A stretch of DNA of 44,764 nucleotides, taken from positions 1 through 44,764 of the forward strand of contig CAXGUD010000031.1 in NCBI GenBank assembly GCA_964012805.1, written 5' to 3'. The position numbers and the translations under genes were made by a program. Below are positions 16,641 through 24,907 of the stretch, piece after piece. Origin of the DNA: an uncultured Bacteriovoracaceae bacterium. Its GTDB lineage: Bacteria > Bdellovibrionota > Bacteriovoracia > Bacteriovoracales > Bacteriovoracaceae. The notes under the pieces are model-generated. The model made no database searches, was not told where the DNA came from, and saw nothing but the letters and a program-made list of their open reading frames with translations. Within the stretch, counting starts at the first letter, position 1. Each line of letters opens with the position of its first letter.

Positions 16641-17801
16641 TTATTGGGTTAAGAAAACACAAGTTAGTGGTAGGACAAAGAAGACAATTCCTACGTAGAG
16701 AAAACCAATATACTTCCTTTCGGCCGCATGATGAGCGAGCGTTTCTGAAAGGTAAATAGGCAATCTTCTCATCTTTTGGCTAGGAAACCAGATGAGCGTT
16801 CCAAGTATATTAAAGATGAAGTGAACAAGTGCGATGGAAAGTCCGGCAACATTACCTGTTAAAGAGGCAAGGAGTGCTGTTGTCGTTGTTCCAATATTGG
16901 CCCCGATAGTAACAGGAAGTATTGAGCCTAAAGAGAGAAGCCCTGCTCCCGCCATAGGAACTAAGAGGCTCGTCGTAATAGAGCTTGATTGAACGCTTAT
17001 CGTAAGAAGTGTTCCAAATAAGACAGCTGTATAAGGGTTTTTAGAAAGAAGTTTTTCAATGATTTGACCCTTATTATTTTCAACGACTTTTTTCATCACT
17101 TTAACAATCATCGTAAGAGCAAAAATTGTTAGAACGGCTCCTAAAAGGATAAGAGCGGATCCAGCAGCATTGCCTGTCAATCCAAGAGTGTCTATAACAA
17201 AAGCTTTTGAGGACTTTGCAAAAGGCTTAATGGCCGCTTTTAATGGAGAAGAAAACTTATATCCAGAAACATTACCATAAAGAGATATGGCCCAACTGCT
17301 TGCCAATTTTCCTATAAAGCCAGTCATAAGCTCTATGGGAAGGATAACAAGAACTGAGAGGATATTGAAAAAGTCGTGGATTGTTGCCGCTGAAAAGGAT
17401 TGTTTAAAAGACTTTGGGTCTTTAAGGTAAGCAAGAGAAACAATTGTATTCGTAACAGAAGTTCCCAAGTTCGCCCCCATAATCATAGGGATGGCACCTT
17501 GTATAGTAAGAGCTCCTCCAGAGACAAGTCCGACAATGATAGATGTTGTTGTCGATGAACTTTGAAGAAGTGATGTCGCCAATATTCCCGAAAGAAGTGA
17601 CATGATAGGGTTGTCTGTAAAATTAAAAAGGGTTTTGGCAAAACCGCCACCCATAAACTTTATCCCTGATGTCAGTATTTTAATACCGACTAGAAAGATG
17701 AATAGAAGTAAAACGACAGATAAGACTCTAAGTATTAAATCAGTGGCCTGATTCACTTCTTGAGTCGTTTGATTTGTTTCTATTGGTTTACTTGCTTTCA
17801 A
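16641..17801 (-). CDS. nptA: Na+/Pi cotransporter (NptA/SLC34 family)
   Basis: Two repeat motifs, LLQSSSTTTS...IMGANLGTSVT and VQSSSITTS...IGANIGTTTT; FSAATIHDFFN; multiple TM helices. TTG start with GGGAG RBS. Confidence 0.92.
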   Translation of the reverse strand: MKASKPIETNQTTQEVNQATDLILRVLSVVLLLFIFLVGIKILTSGIKFMGGGFAKTLFNFTDNPIMSLLSGILATSLLQSSSTTTSIIVGLVSGGALTIQGAIPMIMGANLGTSVTNTIVSLAYLKDPKSFKQSFSAATIHDFFNILSVLVILPIELMTGFIGKLASSWAISLYGNVSGYKFSSPLKAAIKPFAKSSKAFVIDTLGLTGNAAGSALILLGAVLTIFALTMIVKVMKKVVENNKGQIIEKLLSKNPYTAVLFGTLLTISVQSSSITTSLLVPMAGAGLLSLGSILPVTIGANIGTTTTALLASLTGNVAGLSIALVHFIFNILGTLIWFPSQKMRRLPIYLSETLAHHAAERKYIGFLYVGIVFFVLPLTCVFLTQ

Positions 17802-17817
17802 AAGATACTCCCAGAGA

Positions 17818-17856
17818 AAGTCTATAATCTTAAAAAACTTAAGTGTTTATAGACTT
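17818..17856. promoter_or_regulatory. Inverted repeat/hairpin just upstream of the nptA ribosome-binding site
   Basis: aagtctataa (17818-17827) is the exact reverse complement of ttatagactt (17847-17856), with an inner cttaa/ttaag stem. Confidence 0.45.
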
Positions 17857-18067
17857 AAAAAGCACTTCTGAACACCTCTTTTGTTGCACGTTGTAATAAA
17901 AACATTAGAAAATTAGGAAAAAGAAATGATTTTTGTTGTTTAAAATAATCTAAAATATCAAATAAAAAATATTGATAATAATATTTATTTAATCGAATAG
18001 AGATTTATCTAAGATTGATTTTTTGAAAGACGAAAAGGGTTGTGGAAGTCAGTTTTTGGAAGCAATT

Positions 18068-20221
18068 ATGATGAATAAAAAAGCAAAAAGGTCGAGACGT
18101 CCTAGTGTTGGGAAACGCTCTGGCGTAAAAAAGAAGACCAACCGAAAAATAGATACAAACCCGGATCATTACGTAAGCCGTGATATTTCTTGGCTTCATT
18201 TCAATGAAAGAGTCCTTCATGAAGCGGTAGACAAAAGAACACCTTTACTTGAGAGGTTAAGGTTTTGTGACATTTTCACCAGTAATATGGATGAGTTTTT
18301 TATTCAAAGAATAGGGACACTAAAAAATCAAATTGATAGAGGTTTTAAAATAAATACACTTGATGGAGTCCCTCCTGCAGAACAGTATCAAAGAATTCGA
18401 AAGATGATTTTAAAGCAAAATAAACTTCTTAAAGAATGTCTGGAGAATTCTATCATCCCTGACCTTCTAAAAGAGGGGATCACTTTTTTGAAGTGGAAGG
18501 ATTTAAAAGAATCTGAGAAAGAACAGGTATCCCAGCACTTTAGGTTAAGCATTCTTCCAATTCTTACTCCTCTGGCAGTAGATTATGGTCACCCCTTTCC
18601 CTTTATTTCTAATTTATCGAAATCTCTTGGTATTAGTCTTTTGAAACCTAATACTGGGGAAAAGATCTTTTCTAGAGTTAAGATTCCTGATGAAATATCC
18701 CAATGGGAAATTGTAAGGGAAGGAAAAGATGGAATTTCTTTTATTAATTTGGAAGAAATATTAGTCAATAACCTCCACTTTCTTTTTCCAGGGACTGAGA
18801 TAGTCGATAATATGATTTTTAGAGTTACCAGGAACATTGACCTTGAGGAAGAAGATGAATATGCAGAGGACTTGAAAGAGGTTATTGAAGAGGAGTTAAG
18901 GGAGAAAAAGTTTTCACCGGTTATCCGACTCGAAATTGAAGAGAAGAGTGAGAACTGGATAAGTCATTATATTTCAAGTGAGTTGGAACTTTCTGAAGAA
19001 GATATTTATGGAATGGGGTCTTTGGCAAATTATACTTCTTTTGGAGAAATCACAAGAATAAATAGGCCTAAATTGAAATACAAAAATTGGACCCCAAGAA
19101 CTCATTCAGATTTTTTAGATGAAAAGGCCAATATCTTTAATAAAATCAAATCTAAAGATATATTTGTTCACCACCCTTATGAAAGCTTCAACAACTCTGT
19201 TGAGAGGTTTATTGAAACCGCCGCTTATGATCCTAAGGTGTATGCCATAAAGATCACTCTTTACAGGACAACCATTAATTCAAAAATTATTGATTCTCTT
19301 GTATACGCAGCTCAAAATGGTAAGCAGGTCGCTTGTTTGGTTGAGTTGAAGGCCCGTTTTGAAGAGGAGAAAAATATCCGCCTTTCCGAAAAACTAGAAA
19401 ATGAAGGGGTCCATGTTATAGGCGGAATGGTGGGGCTTAAAACACACACCAAAATGTGTATGGTTGTAAGGCAGGACTCAGATAAAGTTACAACTTATGT
19501 CCACCTGGGGACAGGAAATTATAACCCAGTTACTTCCAAGCTCTACAGTGATATCAGCTTTTTTACTTGCCGAGAAAATGTGGCAGACGAAATCGTTCAG
19601 GCCTTTAATTATTTAACAGGTCTTTCTTTAAAAAAGGATTATAAAACTCTGCTCATTGCTCCTCTCACTATGAAAAAGAGGTTTTGTGAGCTCATTTATG
19701 ATGAAATAAAGTTTAAAAAACAAGGAAAGGAAGGCCTCATTATTGCAAAAATGAATGCTTTAGAAGATACCGATATTATTGAGGCCTTGTATATGGCTTC
19801 TATGAATGGTGTAAAGGTGAAGCTCATAGTAAGAGGGTTTTGTTGTTTGAGACCAGGAGTAGAGGGCCTAAGTGATAATATTGAAGTTATTTCTGTTATT
19901 GGACGCTTCTTGGAGCATTCCAGAATCTTTTATTTCAGTGGGGGTCAAAAGGATCGTCTTAAAGGAAAGTTCTTTATAGGCTCGCCAGATTGGATGCATA
20001 GAAATCAAAACCTTAGAGTTGAAGTAGCAACTCCACTTTTCACAGATGAGTCTAAAAAAGAGGCCTGGAATATTCTGACTGTAAACCTAAATGATAAAAG
20101 GTCTACCTGGAAGATGGCCCCTGATGGTACTTATACCCAAAATAAACCTGAGAGTGGGAAAGAAGAAAGGGGAACTCACCTTCAATTAATGAAAGATTCT
20201 GAAGAAAATAACTTTAGTTAA
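18068..20221 (+). CDS. ppk1: Polyphosphate kinase 1 (paralog B)
   Basis: SRDISWLHFNERVL, NMDEFF, HPFPFISN, HHPYESF, ELKARF, LKTHTK, VHLGTGNYN, RFLEHSR and GSPDWM. Start tentatively ATG 18068/18071 (ORF track TTG 18023). Confidence 0.96.
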   Translation: MMNKKAKRSRRPSVGKRSGVKKKTNRKIDTNPDHYVSRDISWLHFNERVLHEAVDKRTPLLERLRFCDIFTSNMDEFFIQRIGTLKNQIDRGFKINTLDGVPPAEQYQRIRKMILKQNKLLKECLENSIIPDLLKEGITFLKWKDLKESEKEQVSQHFRLSILPILTPLAVDYGHPFPFISNLSKSLGISLLKPNTGEKIFSRVKIPDEISQWEIVREGKDGISFINLEEILVNNLHFLFPGTEIVDNMIFRVTRNIDLEEEDEYAEDLKEVIEEELREKKFSPVIRLEIEEKSENWISHYISSELELSEEDIYGMGSLANYTSFGEITRINRPKLKYKNWTPRTHSDFLDEKANIFNKIKSKDIFVHHPYESFNNSVERFIETAAYDPKVYAIKITLYRTTINSKIIDSLVYAAQNGKQVACLVELKARFEEEKNIRLSEKLENEGVHVIGGMVGLKTHTKMCMVVRQDSDKVTTYVHLGTGNYNPVTSKLYSDISFFTCRENVADEIVQAFNYLTGLSLKKDYKTLLIAPLTMKKRFCELIYDEIKFKKQGKEGLIIAKMNALEDTDIIEALYMASMNGVKVKLIVRGFCCLRPGVEGLSDNIEVISVIGRFLEHSRIFYFSGGQKDRLKGKFFIGSPDWMHRNQNLRVEVATPLFTDESKKEAWNILTVNLNDKRSTWKMAPDGTYTQNKPESGKEERGTHLQLMKDSEENNFS

Positions 20222-20329
20222 ATCCATTAACTTAAGATTGAATTATCACAAATAGAAGGCTTTTGAGGCTAAAATAGAGAAGTTAAGCTTTTCATAAACT
20301 TTTCTTATGTTGCGGGGTGGGCCCATTGT

Positions 20330-20989
20330 ATGGGGAATGAATTAGGCGACTTGTTTTACTCTCAAAGAATGAAAATGGTTGAAGATCAAATTCTGAAGAG
20401 GGGGGCGGTTTCTTCGAAAGTTGTTAAAGCTTTTTTAAATGTTCCTCGTCATTATTTCGTACCTAGTGATATAAGAAAAATGGCCTATGAAGATTCACCT
20501 CTTCCGATAGGTTTAGATCAAACAATTTCTCAACCCTATATTGTTGCCCTAATGACAGAATTTCTGGAAGTCAAAAAAAACCACAAAGTTCTTGAGGTTG
20601 GTACAGGGTCTGGTTATCAAACGGCTATTTTAAACGAGCTTAGCAAAAGTATTTATTCAGTAGAAATAAGGGAGGCGTTTTCCATGAAAGTTCAGACCCT
20701 TTTTGATAAGATGGATATAAAAGGAGTTCAATTTAAAGTTGGAGATGGGAGTCATGGTTGGAAAGAGGAGGCCCCTTTTGATCGAATTATCGTGACCGCT
20801 GCCCCCAAAAAAGTCCCAGAGGAACTTCTTAAACAATTGGCGCCTTCTGGAAAAATGATAATACCCTTAGGTGGTGATTTTCAAAACCTTTTCCTCTTTG
20901 AAAAAAATAGCAAAAGCGAGTTAACTCAAAAGCTTCTCCTTCCCGTTGTTTTTGTGCCAATGGTTCAGGGGCAAATTTACACAAGATGA
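20330..20989 (+). CDS. pcm: Protein-L-isoaspartate(D-aspartate) O-methyltransferase
   Basis: VPRHYFVP, AYEDSPLPIG, QTISQP, VLEVGTGSGYQ, APFDRIIVTAA and FVPM. Confidence 0.95.
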   Translation: MGNELGDLFYSQRMKMVEDQILKRGAVSSKVVKAFLNVPRHYFVPSDIRKMAYEDSPLPIGLDQTISQPYIVALMTEFLEVKKNHKVLEVGTGSGYQTAILNELSKSIYSVEIREAFSMKVQTLFDKMDIKGVQFKVGDGSHGWKEEAPFDRIIVTAAPKKVPEELLKQLAPSGKMIIPLGGDFQNLFLFEKNSKSELTQKLLLPVVFVPMVQGQIYTR

Positions 20990-21007
20990 AAAGGATTTTC
21001 TAACTCA

Positions 21008-21913
21008 CTAAGACTCCATCCATTGAATGCATTTTTCCAATTCTTTTTTCATGTTCTCCGGTGTGGACTCAAAGGGGGCACCATGTCCCGGAAGAATGTA
21101 GGAAAAGGAAAAGTTTAGCAGCTTTTTCATGCTTTCTATCTGAACAGTGAAATCATACCAGCAGGCCCTTTTGAAGGCCACGAGCTGTTGGAGTTTCATC
21201 GAATAAGCAAGGTGGTCTCCAGTAAAAAGGTATTTGTTCTTATAAAGAAGAGCGCAAGACCCTCTTGTGTGGCCTGGAACAGGTATAATTAGAGTTTCAG
21301 AGTCAAGTTGGTAGGGTTCATGACCTGTCAAAATAATTTCGTAGGATTTAAGAGAATCTTTCGTTGCATCGTCTTTATGAATAATTCGTTTGGGTTCATT
21401 TTGAGCAGAGAAAGCCTCGAAATATTTGTCGGTATCTGCAATATCATCTCTATGGGTTAGGAATTGGTAGTAGGCTCCACCTCTTTCACAAAGTTTTTTG
21501 GCCATTTTAGAAAAGAAGCGAGGGGAGTCTATAAGAATATTTTTAGGACCTTCTATTCCTTCTCTTTCAATGAAGTAGCTTGTGGCCCCAAATGAGTTTT
21601 CAGCATGAAAACCGGTTAAATAAATGGAGTCTTTAGGATCGCCTATCGGAAATGGAAAAGATGCCTCAACTTCTTTATCCAAAGAACTTTTTTGTGTATG
21701 CCCAATAGAGAAAGTCGGGCAGCTATAGAGGGCCCTTAAGGCCTTTGATTTTTCATTAGAGGAATCAGGTTGATGGAAGACTGCAGATTGACCTTCTTTA
21801 TGAATAAATGTGTCTGGTGCCATCCAATAGCAGGTGCCACAGTCAATGCAACTGGTGTCGACAAAAAAGTCCCCTACTTTGTTTTGGGGCCTTGTCTTTT
21901 TTAACTCCGCCAT
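21008..21913 (-). CDS. MBL-fold metallo-hydrolase with N-terminal single-cluster ferredoxin domain
   Basis: CIDCGTC...CP Fe-S motif; variant MBL motifs THRDD, PGHT, FTGDHL and LPGHG. Confidence 0.85.
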   Translation of the reverse strand: MAELKKTRPQNKVGDFFVDTSCIDCGTCYWMAPDTFIHKEGQSAVFHQPDSSNEKSKALRALYSCPTFSIGHTQKSSLDKEVEASFPFPIGDPKDSIYLTGFHAENSFGATSYFIEREGIEGPKNILIDSPRFFSKMAKKLCERGGAYYQFLTHRDDIADTDKYFEAFSAQNEPKRIIHKDDATKDSLKSYEIILTGHEPYQLDSETLIIPVPGHTRGSCALLYKNKYLFTGDHLAYSMKLQQLVAFKRACWYDFTVQIESMKKLLNFSFSYILPGHGAPFESTPENMKKELEKCIQWMES

Positions 21914-22035
21914 ATCACCTCATTCTTTAACTTTATTTTACCCCATACTAGAAATAAACCTCTTTTTGAAGTTAGAATTGGGTGATAATTTAGTGGTAAG
22001 GAGTTTATTATGGATGAAAGCTTTAGGGAGGGGAT

Positions 22036-23004
22036 ATGCCTATTGTAGAAAAAAGCCTCTACAAACCTCATCCTTTCTTAAAAAACCCTCATGCTCAGAC
22101 TATTTTCCCTGCAATATTCAGGCAGGTCAAAGATGTTCATTATAAGAGAGAGACGTTAAGGACTCCTGACAAGGATATTCTTGAACTCGATTGGTCGAGA
22201 GTTGGGGCCACAAAGCTTGCCATTATTTCTCACGGACTTGAGGGAAGTTCGCAGCAGCCATACGCAAAAGGAATGGTAAAGACTCTCAATCAAGAAGGCT
22301 GGGATGCCTTGGCATGGAACTTTAGGGGCTGTGGGGGGAGACCATCTAAATTTATTAATTCTTATCACTCAGGAAAGACGGATGATTTGGACTTTATCCT
22401 TCAACATACGAAATCAGATAAGTTTTATTACGAACAGATTGTTCTTATTGGGTTTAGCGTTGGGGGGAATATTACTCTAAAATATTTGGGAGAAAAGGGG
22501 CAAAATCTCGATACAAGACTCACCCATTCTGTCAGTTTTTCTGTTCCCCTTCATTTAGAGTCGACTTCTGACCAATTGGCGAAAAGAGAAAACCGCCTTT
22601 ATATGGAGTGGTTTCTGTGGTCTTTAAGGAGGAAAATTAAGGGAAAAGAAAGTGAAATGAGACTTTTTGGCCTAGATACCAATAACCTTCATAAAATATC
22701 GACTTTTTATGAGTTTGATAATCGGTTCACAGCACCTTTAAATGGCTTCAAAGATGCTATTGATTATTGGAAAAAGTCGAGCTCTCTCCATTATCTTTCA
22801 GGAATTAAAATCCCTTCACTTGTGGTAAATGCTTTAGACGACCCCTTTTTGACTGATCGGTGTTTCCCTTTTGAGGAATCAAAAGAGCACCCTTTCTTGT
22901 TTTTAGAAACTCCTGATAGAGGTGGCCATGTGGGTTTCTTTTCATCTCAATCTTCTTTTTGGGCTGAGGAAAGGGCCATGAAGTTCATATTATGGGGAGA
23001 ATGA
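22036..23004 (+). CDS. YheT-family alpha/beta hydrolase
   Basis: NPHAQTI, HGLEGSS, NFRGCG, nucleophile GFSVGG, DDPF and GGHVGF. Confidence 0.9.
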   Translation: MPIVEKSLYKPHPFLKNPHAQTIFPAIFRQVKDVHYKRETLRTPDKDILELDWSRVGATKLAIISHGLEGSSQQPYAKGMVKTLNQEGWDALAWNFRGCGGRPSKFINSYHSGKTDDLDFILQHTKSDKFYYEQIVLIGFSVGGNITLKYLGEKGQNLDTRLTHSVSFSVPLHLESTSDQLAKRENRLYMEWFLWSLRRKIKGKESEMRLFGLDTNNLHKISTFYEFDNRFTAPLNGFKDAIDYWKKSSSLHYLSGIKIPSLVVNALDDPFLTDRCFPFEESKEHPFLFLETPDRGGHVGFFSSQSSFWAEERAMKFILWGE

Positions 23005-24072
23005 GTGGAGGGTCTGAAATGGCTTTTCTCCAAGTCCTCTTCTACGAGGATATTTTAAATTCTTTATGGCCAGTTCTAGCGCGTCGACGACAATGGGAGC
23101 ACCTTTAAAGATGGCCGTAAAATGTCCCCCAGGCAACCATACCTGATCTACTCCTTTCCATAAGAGCTTTAACTTTTTTGCATTGATGGGAGGAATATAA
23201 GCATCCTCCTGTGCATTAATAAGAAGGGATGTTGTCAGCGATGAAGGTGGGGGAAGGACTTCGAGGTTTCCGATAAAGTTTAAAATTTTGTATAACTTCT
23301 TTTGAGCCGAAATCTTTGATTGATTTCCCATGAGGGCATTCCAGTGACAACTTTGTTGGCAATGTCCATAAACGAGAGTGTCTGCAATTGTGTTCCCTGT
23401 GAGAGCTGCTACGAGGGCAACAGGAAAAGGGAGGCTTGCAGCAATACCGCTAGCAAAAAAGCCCCCCATGCTAAAGCCTGAAACCCCTAAATGATAAAAA
23501 CCATTTTTAAAAAATGAGTAGAGTATGCTCCTTCCTTCTTGGTAAGACATATAAAGCATTAAAGCAAAGTCGCTGACCAAACCTATGTTTGTTTCTTCTT
23601 GATAATCAGGTTTTCTTCTTCCATAAAAAGGAATTTCAAGCAAAACTGAGGCAATGCCTTTTTGGGCGAGGGGGATAGCTATCTTCTTTTTTCTGTAACT
23701 AAAAGTGTCATCCCCAGAAGCAGGCATCAAGAGGATGAGAGGAGGTTTACTGCCTTTTTGAAAAAGATCAACTCCCTTGGGAAGGATGAATTCAAGAAAG
23801 CCCTGCTCTGAGTTTTTGGGTAGTGGAAAATCAACATAAGGGCTTTTAAAAACGGCCTCAAGTGAGGTGTACTTTTTTTCTTCTTCTCTTCTCATAAAAT
23901 GAATATTAAGAGGCCTGGGTTTTTCAGTTAGACTCTCTAGGTTAACAATCTTTTTTGTTAGCTTTTCATCCCCCCAACCTTTGGAAAAGAGAGATTCTTT
24001 ACTCTTTAGTCTTAAATATAAGTGATCTAACCAGTGGCCATCGCCATCAAAGTTTCGGTCAAGATCTTCCAT
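22990..24072 (-). CDS. Alpha/beta hydrolase, ABHD18/DUF2048-like
   Basis: FSKGWG, SGD, LEIPFYGRRKP, GVSGFSMGG, DAYIP and WLPGGH. GGAGG RBS. Confidence 0.82.
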   Translation of the reverse strand: MEDLDRNFDGDGHWLDHLYLRLKSKESLFSKGWGDEKLTKKIVNLESLTEKPRPLNIHFMRREEEKKYTSLEAVFKSPYVDFPLPKNSEQGFLEFILPKGVDLFQKGSKPPLILLMPASGDDTFSYRKKKIAIPLAQKGIASVLLEIPFYGRRKPDYQEETNIGLVSDFALMLYMSYQEGRSILYSFFKNGFYHLGVSGFSMGGFFASGIAASLPFPVALVAALTGNTIADTLVYGHCQQSCHWNALMGNQSKISAQKKLYKILNFIGNLEVLPPPSSLTTSLLINAQEDAYIPPINAKKLKLLWKGVDQVWLPGGHFTAIFKGAPIVVDALELAIKNLKYPRRRGLGEKPFQTLHSFSP

Positions 24073-24343
24073 GATCTAGAACCTCCAAGTTGAGGGGTCA
24101 AGTCACTAGCCTATCATTATTTGGGTCATCTTTTTTGAGGTGGAAAAAGGGTTTCATTAAAATAAAAATAGTTGAGAAGGTTAGATTTTTTCAATTTTTA
24201 ACTTTAAGTAGAGTTTTTGCACCTATTATTTCCTAAAGAAGATAAGTATGCACTAGGCTTGCACCTCATATTTTTTCCTTCAAACACAATATAATGAATG
24301 AGGTAAGGATAAAGTCTTTTCATTCAATAGAGGAGAAAAGCTG

Positions 24344-24526
24344 ATGAAGTTAAATGGGCATGAAATGAGGGATGTTGTACTTTTTTATGATCTGGATAAA
24401 AAATGCGATGAAGTGAGGTCGATGGAGTTTAGAATTTCAACTCATGATGAGCTTGATAATATGGTGAAGCATTTGAAGGTTTGGAATAATGACTTTCGTT
24501 ATTTAGGGCACTTATTTTTAAAGTAG
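24344..24526 (+). CDS. Small hypothetical protein (60 aa)
   Basis: ATG with GAGGAG RBS; fills otherwise empty intergenic space; no recognisable motif. Confidence 0.55.
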   Translation: MKLNGHEMRDVVLFYDLDKKCDEVRSMEFRISTHDELDNMVKHLKVWNNDFRYLGHLFLK

Positions 24527-24553
24527 GTTTAAAAACTTAATCCAGGAGCTGAG

Positions 24554-24760
24554 TTGATGTTAAGTAAATTAGAGAGAATATTTCACGGGAAGTGTATTTC
24601 TGACATTAGCCATGGGTATATGCAAATAACCGAAGAAGAAGCATGTGTTAAGTATTGGTATCAAGATGGAAGGGAGTTTGAGCTCTCCTTTAATCCGAAT
24701 ATGATGGAAAAAGGTGTCTTTTTGTTTTTTATCAAAAACGGTTATTTTTCCATAATTTAA
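24554..24760 (+). CDS. Small hypothetical protein (67-68 aa)
   Basis: AGGAG RBS, 27 nt after the previous small ORF on the same strand; no recognisable motif. The start may be ATG 24557. Confidence 0.5.
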   Translation: MMLSKLERIFHGKCISDISHGYMQITEEEACVKYWYQDGREFELSFNPNMMEKGVFLFFIKNGYFSII

Positions 24761-24907
24761 ACACCTCAGGGCTTCTTTTTAATTGATCACATTTCTTTTA
24801 TCCAGTTTCTAGACAGGGCCTTTCTTCTCCTGTAGTCCTAAAAGATGTTTTTATTAAGATGATCCAGTAGAATAGGGTTGAAAAGTAAAGTTGTAAGGAG
24901 GTTCCTT

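Noticed and set aside
17974..17992. Fur-box-like sequence upstream of ppk1B
   Set aside because: Only about 13 of 19 positions match, in an extremely AT-rich stretch; not distinguishable from chance.
8636..20221. ppk1 copies as an assembly duplication or as terminal repeats of a mobile element
   Set aside because: The copies differ at many synonymous and non-synonymous sites, and no transposase, integrase or target-site duplication is present.
21834..22145. 103-aa ORF bridging the ferredoxin-MBL and YheT genes
   Set aside because: It overlaps two well-supported genes and has no recognisable features.
24247..24263. Sigma54-like promoter (atgcac-N5-ttgca) upstream of the small ORFs
   Set aside because: The essential -24 GG dinucleotide is absent.
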